Virus record (IMG/VR): IMGVR_UViG_3300018012_000099
Source: a virus
Lineage: Duplodnaviria; Caudoviricetes
Direction: 5' to 3' (one strand)
DNA: 64,000 bases
Below are positions 57,201 to 64,000 of this stretch, piece by piece. Made by a program: the position numbers and the translations under genes. The notes below the pieces were generated by a model. It had not been told where the DNA came from, searched no databases, and saw only the letters and a list, made by a program, of their open reading frames with translations. How positions within the stretch are numbered: position 1 is the stretch's first letter; each line of letters begins with the position of its first letter.

Positions 57201-59263
57201 CTCAAGGGCATATTCGAGTTCGCCCACCTCAGTATAATAGAATGCCAAGTTCTGTTTTCTATCGTATGATGTATTTAAAGCAGACTCTGAATATCCAAAT
57301 TTTTCCAGAATATCTTAACGAGTTATTCACCGATCAGTTGGATGGTTTGAGAACTCAGATTGAAGTGCTCGAAGATGAAATCAGATTAGATTGTGATATT
57401 CTAACCATTAGTTACGGTCTAGGTGGTTTGGAAAGCGATTCACTAGCCCTTAGCTTTATTAATGATGGGGCTACCAGTGGTACTGGTGCATCTTTTAATT
57501 TTCTTTCTGACAGAGTTAGTGGTAAAATAACCGATATTACTTCTTTAGTTCAACAAGCCAATCCAGATGTAGTAAGTAGTTTGTTACCCAACGGAATATC
57601 TGACTATCAATCAGTTAAGCAACAGGCTGGTCTGAAGAGTGTCTTTAGTAACTCTCAAAGATTTACCGTGATTGACAAAGCTGTTAAAGCTCAACAATTA
57701 TCACAAAGTGGATATAGTGGAACCAATAATACTATTACCGGTAATACGGATGTTAATCTACTAATAAACAGGATTCAAAGCAAATCCGGAGAACAAATTT
57801 CATTAAATGATTATGTTCAAACCAATAATGTTAATATTAAATTTGTTCAATTACCACCTAATCAGACAGTGGATGTTTTTAAAACCACTAATGATTTACA
57901 AGATAAAATTTCTAAGAGGCAACGCGTTGTTAAGTTATTCTACAGCACTATTAAAAATGCTGCCGAATTAAAGTCTCTAGACTCTAGTTCTACTATTTCT
58001 AACCAGCTGATTACTCCTGGTGGATATGGTAATTCTAATATACCTGAGGTATTTGAGCATATGATTGAAGATGAGACTTATGACGACTATGGTGTTGGAT
58101 CGTCTCAAAGGTACATTATTAAACGTTCTCAAATCAAAAATATCAATATTTCAGCTAATTCACCGCCCTACACTACAGTAGAAGTGCAGGGTATTTTGGA
58201 TCCTTTCTTAGCTGATCCTAGCAATTTGCCACAAGACCTTAATTTTTTTCCGTCTAGTGGTAACGGCATGGTCACTGCTATGGCTATCGATTATGATATG
58301 TGGAGAACCTATGGATTTAAGGGACAATCTACCGTTCAAGTACCTTTTCTCAGTGACCCTATCAAACAATGTGGTCCTTATGCTGCTATGCTATTAAGTG
58401 TAGCTCGTAAGAACATCTTTCGTGGCTCGATAACTTTAATGGGTAATGAATATTATCAGCCTGGCGAAGTAGTGTTTTTAGAAGACCGTGGTATGTTATT
58501 TTATGTTACCTCTGTAAGGCACAATCTAACTCTGGCTACGGGATTTACTACAACTCTAGAATTAACATACGGTCATACCCCGGGAGAATATATTCCTACC
58601 ACTATGGATTTTATTGGCAAGCTTATTTACAAAAATAAAAATGATGGCACTATTGTCGTACAGAGACAAGATAATTCCGGTAACGAACAAAACTTAGGAG
58701 CTTTTACATTACCACCTAATTATTTATCTAATAATAACGGTGTTATTGATGCCGTTAATACAGGAGCTACTAATCAAACTCCAAATCCTACTTCTAATTT
58801 TAATAGTCAAATTATGAGCAATATTATGTATATGGCTGCTTATACCATTAACTCTAATTCTACTAGTGGTAATAATATAACTACTTCTATTGAAATACGC
58901 GTATATTATAACGACGATAATCCGCAAAATGAAAATCTAATTAACTTTGCCGAAGAGCTACTCAATCAAATTACTGCATTTGCTACCGGTCCAAAAGACT
59001 TCCCATCAGCCACTGCTAACGCTCCTAATGCACCAATTTCTAGTAATGCAGTTAATATTGTGCCAGTTAATTTGTCGGATACTACCAATCGACTTTCACC
59101 ATCCCAAAAAGCTTGGGATTTAGCCAGAAATCAAGTATCTAATTCTACCACGGGAGCATCCGATCCTACTAGTGGGCGGGCGGCTCAGCAAGCTTTGTTT
59201 AGTTATATAGTAGATATCTGGTTAGTTAATAATCCAGTTGCTCCAACCACCAGTGGTCAATAA
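54257..59263 (+). CDS. Large baseplate hub protein (gp27/VgrG-like with insertions)
   Basis: HVFAGLV...IDVRGRD, LEVFCDTQGHIRVRPP and RGSITLMGNEYYQPGEVV...FYVTSVRH...TTLELTYG hub motifs. Confidence 0.7.
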   Translation: MSFLGQLADQISSQFSLGENSTHTLDGVIDGSNTKYGSLGDFAKNIDKSAERRYVEEGYLRRDPYNTDPKQFEILMQEPNATVLVKKRMFSSVGDNFRPDFMNNDEKLYYKATRILFQNKCNQIAALEKLSKISQVTNAVGSVSDQLIPIIVTLTDQLNYGGPLTNVPFSSGLFGSLPDSNPFQTNQISQFTQVIDKLRKVYAFNGSAQYTSWITDHMDLFQSTLGQGTGVIEITNFSNLSTTTTLELESGGSFSLTISDPYESMLITDYDIEIALSDATNMFYNHKIFQFGTQAANNVIQTTQAQLNAARQARNASPLTIKVDPNTLLYKRVQVIVDRLGEELIFDYDSTNSGLGFSFPGLGGSGDSVAVAPEYLQGGVVLGYDGLSVSAQGNLPGTNVRALVPQSELSLFKVLIAAIYNQLQMNANSQNAFQTGNAATNYARRKMRFNYSGQLIVQPMDVVHIYLSSKSRYDNKILSGLNNMLSGVGILQNVNNTLTDFTNAFSTIFQTSGNIPLQLEKSTYVGPDFPNFLWSMLRTQFVTEKEGCHVFAGLVDNATDNWSDGHFTIDVRGRDQSLYFEQGKVNFKPGADVFNGAWFDPMTPFKSSFDQISADYKINTPELLDENKALLADNTARVTIKKKLGPFAGSITTDSNFIDDRSVDPLTGLVTKTFYAPDGLVYIWREGIGVFTQAGLSSSINDPNRIGKPNIFKEPFAGQDVMNVLSLLITGTPYNFTTFYQGVLGDGKYGIDPHSNQNAAFAFINSLTNQLTKNNTLWGNFIPFKSLTMDEQTYAKAQFNQFNITQQNQILDQQIKQLQTLQQQSLLFNAIKDYAPNLATTDPNFIDVSTQISVLTENINNTITRINSQQSQFYQQAGNDPSFNTGSFISNTDTNQVADPQLRKQLRRQINYLTRRMSYDVRANEDRNLFIVDDYYDKDYDILAFEQSINNNLKIWNNEFTSVKEKIIAVAKLLNLEVFCDTQGHIRVRPPQYNRMPSSVFYRMMYLKQTLNIQIFPEYLNELFTDQLDGLRTQIEVLEDEIRLDCDILTISYGLGGLESDSLALSFINDGATSGTGASFNFLSDRVSGKITDITSLVQQANPDVVSSLLPNGISDYQSVKQQAGLKSVFSNSQRFTVIDKAVKAQQLSQSGYSGTNNTITGNTDVNLLINRIQSKSGEQISLNDYVQTNNVNIKFVQLPPNQTVDVFKTTNDLQDKISKRQRVVKLFYSTIKNAAELKSLDSSSTISNQLITPGGYGNSNIPEVFEHMIEDETYDDYGVGSSQRYIIKRSQIKNINISANSPPYTTVEVQGILDPFLADPSNLPQDLNFFPSSGNGMVTAMAIDYDMWRTYGFKGQSTVQVPFLSDPIKQCGPYAAMLLSVARKNIFRGSITLMGNEYYQPGEVVFLEDRGMLFYVTSVRHNLTLATGFTTTLELTYGHTPGEYIPTTMDFIGKLIYKNKNDGTIVVQRQDNSGNEQNLGAFTLPPNYLSNNNGVIDAVNTGATNQTPNPTSNFNSQIMSNIMYMAAYTINSNSTSGNNITTSIEIRVYYNDDNPQNENLINFAEELLNQITAFATGPKDFPSATANAPNAPISSNAVNIVPVNLSDTTNRLSPSQKAWDLARNQVSNSTTGASDPTSGRAAQQALFSYIVDIWLVNNPVAPTTSGQ

Positions 59264-59265
59264 AT

Positions 59266-61308
59266 ATGAATCCAACTAGTAAATTTGATCCGCCAGTTGG
59301 CCTGCTCCAGAGGGGAAGTATCAAAGGATATGATCCTACTCGTGGCACTATGCAGGTTCAACTAAATACTGCAGCAGCAGTTAAAGGACAAGACCGTCTA
59401 GTGGTAGATGTGCCGGCACCTCACGCCATGTTCTACAATAATGGTTTGTTTATTGGAACATTACCATCCATAGGAACTCCAGTAGTAGTGGGGCAAGCTT
59501 TAGGTGGAGGATATCACTTTGTGTCCTTTTTGGCAGAAAATTTGCCTGTGGTACCTATCTTAGTTCAAGATGAATTGTTACTACAATCTAACGATGCTAC
59601 TTACATAACGTTAGATACTGGTAATAATATTAGTATCGGATCAGATAATAATCAAATTCATATCAACACTGGAAATAAGAATTTTCCTAAGACTAATCTT
59701 ATCTCTATCAATTTTCAAAACGAGAATCACTTCACTCAAGCTTACCGTGAAGTAGGAGGTTTAGTTAAGAGAGATTTACGTCCTAACATATATTTTGATC
59801 CTAACAGTAAATTAGAAGATGACTCTTATGATAAGAAGTATAAAATTATAGGAATTGATCCAACAGTTACTGCCAATGATTTATTGTCTGGTTCAGCCAA
59901 AAATCCTCCGTTTGCAGAACACCGAGAAATGGTGTATGAGTTTCAATATATGTCAGATACTCAGGATGACGTAATTGAAGCCGCCAGATATGGAAGCGGC
60001 AAACAGACGCCACCCACGTATACGCGCCCCAATCGACGTAAAAGTCGCGCTGATACTTTAAGTCTCAGTCTAGTAGCGCCAAATTATTTGATGGAACAAG
60101 TAAAAGGTACGGTGGTCGATATCTTTGGTAATATTCTAGATATCAATCGTGTACCAATTCAAGTAGGACAGGGACAAAATACTCTAAAACCTAACAACAG
60201 TTTGGATAAATCTACAGCTTTCACCAATATTAGGGCACTAGAGCGTAACAGCGTGGCCTATCATTTTGAGATTAATGCCCGTAAAGATCTTTCTATGCAG
60301 ACAGGAGATAGCGAAGTTACTCTACTGGGTATCAATCAGGATAATTACAATGCTAAATTACTGCGTAGTCGTTTCTTTATGGATATCAATAAAGAAGGGC
60401 AATTCAAATTAAATGTGCCATCGTCCAGCGAGACGGGCAGCGTGCCAATCTTAGCTCGTTACGAGAACTACTCTACTTATGGACCTGAAGATAGCGGAAA
60501 TCCTAACAAGTTGTGGTTCCGCAACGACAACCTGGATATTTTCTTGGATGGATTAGCAGCCTACAAAGCTACTCCATCTAACGATGGCGGTTTTACCTAT
60601 TCTACCGCACATGGCTCTATTACTATCAAAGACGGTAGCAGTATAGCCACTCCAATTGATCGTATTACTAATGCACACTTGATGCATGGTACAGTTTTTC
60701 ACGATATTCTGCAAACCTGTTATGTGCACCAAAACAATAACTTTCTCAATTATCAAGCGGGTGAAAACCCACTACCTATCGATTTGAGCTATATTGTTCC
60801 GCTTAGTAATGTAGTAAGTGACACTATCTATGTGGGTGGTACTCAAGCCAATTCTGGCGGACGTAGTGCTTCCGTTAGTTTGGATGGTTCTTTGGAATTA
60901 AATATTGGTGCCAATACGGTTGATCGACAGTCGTTGTGGTTGGATACGGCTGGCGGCGTGGTAGCCAATATTGGTCGTGATCGCAACTCTCGTAGCGCTG
61001 TTGTCTCTATGAATGGAGACTTTTATATGCAAATAGGCGGTTTTGGCGTATCGGGGGACACTCGTTTCGCGCAATTAAACAATGGCAACTACGGTGCCGT
61101 GCTAGATCTGAGAGTGTCCAGTGGCGGTGGATATGTTACCATGTTTAGGGTGGATCAGCACGGTGTTACCGTTCTTACTCCGGGCAATTTCGCTTGTCAT
61201 GCTAAAGGTAATATGACACTCACGGCTGATGGAAATATGACTATCGATGCTGCTTCTCTAACTATACAGCAAAGATTTGTACTGAAAGATTCGGGAGGAT
61301 CTATATGA
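59266..61308 (+). CDS. Baseplate central spike protein (gp5/gpV-like)
   Basis: N-terminal OB-fold-like RGSIKGYDPTRGTMQV...PSIGTPVVVG; C-terminal beta-helix repeats (AKGNMTLTADGNMTIDA). Confidence 0.7.
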   Translation: MNPTSKFDPPVGLLQRGSIKGYDPTRGTMQVQLNTAAAVKGQDRLVVDVPAPHAMFYNNGLFIGTLPSIGTPVVVGQALGGGYHFVSFLAENLPVVPILVQDELLLQSNDATYITLDTGNNISIGSDNNQIHINTGNKNFPKTNLISINFQNENHFTQAYREVGGLVKRDLRPNIYFDPNSKLEDDSYDKKYKIIGIDPTVTANDLLSGSAKNPPFAEHREMVYEFQYMSDTQDDVIEAARYGSGKQTPPTYTRPNRRKSRADTLSLSLVAPNYLMEQVKGTVVDIFGNILDINRVPIQVGQGQNTLKPNNSLDKSTAFTNIRALERNSVAYHFEINARKDLSMQTGDSEVTLLGINQDNYNAKLLRSRFFMDINKEGQFKLNVPSSSETGSVPILARYENYSTYGPEDSGNPNKLWFRNDNLDIFLDGLAAYKATPSNDGGFTYSTAHGSITIKDGSSIATPIDRITNAHLMHGTVFHDILQTCYVHQNNNFLNYQAGENPLPIDLSYIVPLSNVVSDTIYVGGTQANSGGRSASVSLDGSLELNIGANTVDRQSLWLDTAGGVVANIGRDRNSRSAVVSMNGDFYMQIGGFGVSGDTRFAQLNNGNYGAVLDLRVSSGGGYVTMFRVDQHGVTVLTPGNFACHAKGNMTLTADGNMTIDAASLTIQQRFVLKDSGGSI

Positions 61309-61661
61309 AGAAATTAAATACGGTAATTTATCACAAGCTACTTTTACAATCTCACGAAGCAAAAGCTCAAGGTATGGTTAAACTAGCCGACGGCATCATT
61401 AATGCTTTGGGCCCCATGACTGAAGATGAAAAGGTTGAGTATAATTATGCACAATTGCGTGACGAAGTGTATGATGGAATGTGGAAAATAGCTACACACG
61501 TTATTAAGTACTACGATGTTAAAAGTGCTGATGCTGGTAAGATCCATGAACGATTGGAAGCATTAGCTGACAGATTTTTGGGAGAGTTGGAACAATCATT
61601 AGATGTAGAAGGGGTGGTTGCTGGCCCATTAGAGAGTCTACTTCCTGGTGAATCTAAATAA
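61305..61661 (+). CDS. Hypothetical helical protein
   Basis: 118-aa coupled ORF; N-terminus (LLQSHEAKAQGMVKLAD) resembles the shared head-protein helical module. Confidence 0.55.
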   Translation: MKKLNTVIYHKLLLQSHEAKAQGMVKLADGIINALGPMTEDEKVEYNYAQLRDEVYDGMWKIATHVIKYYDVKSADAGKIHERLEALADRFLGELEQSLDVEGVVAGPLESLLPGESK

Positions 61662-61680
61662 GCCGATATATAGATAGTTA

Positions 61681-63840
61681 ATGTCACCGTGTAGTCCTAC
61701 AGATGTCTCTTTTCCATCACCCACTGTTCCAAGTGGTCCTCCCATTCCGGGGGTAGGAATACCATTTGCTTTAAAACTTCCGAATATCTCACCATTTCCC
61801 CAAGGTTTCCCAGAAGATTTATTAGAGCTATTTGATAAATTACAGTTAGTTATACCTCCGGGCATATTAAAACCAACTTTATTTCCCAATTTTTCCAAAG
61901 ATGTGTTTGATGGCATATTGAGCATGTTAGATCAATTTATGCCATTCTTAACTCTATATAAATTCTTTTTGCCGGTGCTTAATCTCATCATTTGTATTAT
62001 CGAGGTTTTGTGCGCCCTGATGAACCCTTTTGCGTTGATTTCAGCTATCAATAGATTATTTAGTCAGTGCATTCCAGAATTCTTGAACCTATTTCCCATT
62101 TTTGCTTTGATTATTATGATAATTTCATTACTATTACTTTTGTTAGCCCTAATTGAATACATCATCGCCCAAATATTAAAACTTATTAATGACATTTTAC
62201 GTAATCTCAATGCCCTAATAAAATCATTCCAAGATGCTGACGCTAATGCTGTTTTAGCTATTGCTAACAAGTTAGGTGCTCTACTATGTGTGTTCCAAAA
62301 CCTTTTTGTTCTGCTCTCTATTTTCAATATCATTATTGAAATCATTAGAGATATGCTGAGATTAGCCTTCGCTATTCCTCCATGTGAGGGGTCCTCTAGT
62401 AGTGATATTAATAGTTGTTGTTCTCCACTAACTTGCCCAACTATTGTACAAGGAAATTATACTAGAACAACTGGTACTCTACAATATTTACCAGAAGTGG
62501 GTTTACAAACCAGTATTAATTCTTTTTTTGGACCCACTACTACTGATTTGAGACATGAAACATGGCAATTATATGATCCCTCTCAAACTCAATCACAAGC
62601 CTTTTCTAATATTTACAATGCTTCTGATATCACCAACACAACTAACAAGCCAGTATTTTTTCCTACAGATGCTAATTATACTGCTACTACTAATCCAAAT
62701 CAAGCAGCATATACAGTAAATTTAAGAGTATTTTATAATCCTATTAATTGGGGTCGTACCGGTATTGCGCGTTTCATTCGTTTTAATAATTGTATTATGT
62801 TAGCAGTTCCAACTCCTAATTTGGTTAATTATAATAATTTAAATATCACAGAAAATACTGGCGTTGTTTATCTGGCTGGAGGAGCGGGTTTTGAAGATGA
62901 TGACATAACTGTGCTGACTGGATTTTCTTCTGATGGTATTACCCCCGTTTCTAGTCAAGCTACACTTAATAATTTTCTTCATAGACCACAAACCGTTATT
63001 ATAGTGCCCACCTCTAATGTTTTACCGAATGATGGTTATACATTTTCTAATATTACCTATACTTTCCAACCTAATATGCAAGTTTTATTTAACAAGCAGT
63101 TAGTTACATTAGGGTGTGAACCCAGTGTAGCTCTTAATAGGGCTTTCGTTAATACTGTTATGTTTGGTAATGTGGGGACCCAAACTGTGGCTCTCAATAA
63201 TCTTATCAATAACATTAATGGTCAGGTGTTTCCAGATCCGAATGCCGCTCAACAATGTTTGACTGCTGCCCTTTCTGCTCTGAGAAGCAATCTTTCAGTA
63301 GAGGGTGTCGCAGCTTTTCAAGCTACCGCCACTACTTGTTTGAATAATTTAGCCAATGATACCAGCTCTGCGTTAACTAGTATGGTAGGTATTGGGTTTA
63401 ATGCTTGTCAAAGTACTTTATCACGTGAGCCTACTATCCAGTTTACCTCCGAAACTATTACGGTGACGGTTAATCTTAATGAGAATAATGGATTACCATT
63501 GACACAAGGTATGCCAATTAGTGTGGGTAATGAAATTGCGACTCATATTACTTCGCATATCACTTTTGGCAATATATCTAATTTTACTTATGACGGATAT
63601 CAAGCATTTACCGCTCAGATTTCTAGTCCAACACCGGGTAACGGTCAGATTATGGTAGCATTTGATAATCAAATTTTGTGTACCAACACCCTTTCGACGG
63701 ACCCAACTGTGCCACCAGTCCATACATTACAGACTTTAGACTATCAATTTGTTTATACTCCTTTGGGATCTGTGGGTGGTGATGGTCAGCCACGCAGAGA
63801 TGCGGGCGATGTTAGCAGAAGCGGTAAGGATAATATCTAA
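61681..63840 (+). CDS. Baseplate-region protein with long hydrophobic helices and a C-terminal Ig-like domain
   Basis: Pro-rich N-terminus, Leu/Ile-rich helices (about aa 90-230), a CC/C cluster and a beta-rich C-half. Confidence 0.6.
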   Translation: MSPCSPTDVSFPSPTVPSGPPIPGVGIPFALKLPNISPFPQGFPEDLLELFDKLQLVIPPGILKPTLFPNFSKDVFDGILSMLDQFMPFLTLYKFFLPVLNLIICIIEVLCALMNPFALISAINRLFSQCIPEFLNLFPIFALIIMIISLLLLLLALIEYIIAQILKLINDILRNLNALIKSFQDADANAVLAIANKLGALLCVFQNLFVLLSIFNIIIEIIRDMLRLAFAIPPCEGSSSSDINSCCSPLTCPTIVQGNYTRTTGTLQYLPEVGLQTSINSFFGPTTTDLRHETWQLYDPSQTQSQAFSNIYNASDITNTTNKPVFFPTDANYTATTNPNQAAYTVNLRVFYNPINWGRTGIARFIRFNNCIMLAVPTPNLVNYNNLNITENTGVVYLAGGAGFEDDDITVLTGFSSDGITPVSSQATLNNFLHRPQTVIIVPTSNVLPNDGYTFSNITYTFQPNMQVLFNKQLVTLGCEPSVALNRAFVNTVMFGNVGTQTVALNNLINNINGQVFPDPNAAQQCLTAALSALRSNLSVEGVAAFQATATTCLNNLANDTSSALTSMVGIGFNACQSTLSREPTIQFTSETITVTVNLNENNGLPLTQGMPISVGNEIATHITSHITFGNISNFTYDGYQAFTAQISSPTPGNGQIMVAFDNQILCTNTLSTDPTVPPVHTLQTLDYQFVYTPLGSVGGDGQPRRDAGDVSRSGKDNI

Positions 63841-64000
63841 TGCCGGCAGATAATACTAATCAGTCTAGTTCAGAAGACAATCAGATTTTTGAAATTGATA
63901 TTGATAAAATATATCATGATTATATTCAGCAGATAGATAGTGTACGTAGTTATGTTAATATAATCGGGCAAAAAACTAACCAACTATTAGACGCTGTGGG
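63840..64000 (+). CDS. 3'-truncated hypothetical protein
   Basis: ATG overlaps the previous TAA; frame is open to the window end (MPADNTNQSSSEDNQIFEIDID...). Confidence 0.55.
   Translation, partial: MPADNTNQSSSEDNQIFEIDIDKIYHDYIQQIDSVRSYVNIIGQKTNQLLDAV

Noticed and set aside
135-63723. Many short antisense or alternate-frame ORFs in the track (e.g. 135-437, 1924-2301, 23219-23608, 32984-33391, 44872-45264)
   Set aside because: They are shadows of longer, motif-bearing genes, with no RBS or recognisable motifs. They arise from codon bias and low-complexity sequence.
45384-63840. Bacterial contractile injection system (eCIS/T6SS/tailocin)
   Set aside because: It is linked to capsid, neck and tape-measure genes and a frameshifted chaperone, so it is a phage tail.
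1-64000. Stop-codon reassignment (code 15 or 4), as seen in some jumbo phages
   Set aside because: Genes up to 1936 aa are open and tightly packed in the standard code. No recurrent in-frame TAG/TGA breaks were seen.

Overview
A 64-kb segment of the virion morphogenesis region of a large (jumbo-type) contractile-tailed dsDNA bacteriophage, read in the standard genetic code with Shine-Dalgarno-like sites. Gene order: a block of putative scaffold and internal head proteins (1-11179), capsid decoration protein, HK97-type major capsid protein (12269-13282), a modular cassette of fibre or appendage genes (14956-28357), neck and head-tail genes, two large fibres, tail terminator, sheath, tube, a frameshifted tail chaperone, tape measure and baseplate hub/spike. 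Interspersed are seven free-standing homing endonuclease genes and accessory enzymes (CCA-adding enzyme, patatin phospholipase, cold-shock protein, 2H phosphoesterase, HExxH peptidase). The most notable unexplained patterns are: (1) a D-G-Y tripeptide present 39 times by hand count, only in predicted surface-exposed virion proteins, which may be a modification sequon; (2) a K-x-A motif and a shared helical module in predicted internal head proteins, which may be a cleavage and head-targeting code; (3) an opposite-strand, loop-deleted tail-tube paralog inside an HNH-flanked cassette; (4) a recurring AATA-N6-YATW upstream motif; (5) a synonymously recoded 3' end of the capsid gene next to a homing endonuclease. 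No tRNA, rRNA, CRISPR array or reverse transcriptase was seen. All product calls come from motifs and synteny read by eye, not from database searches.
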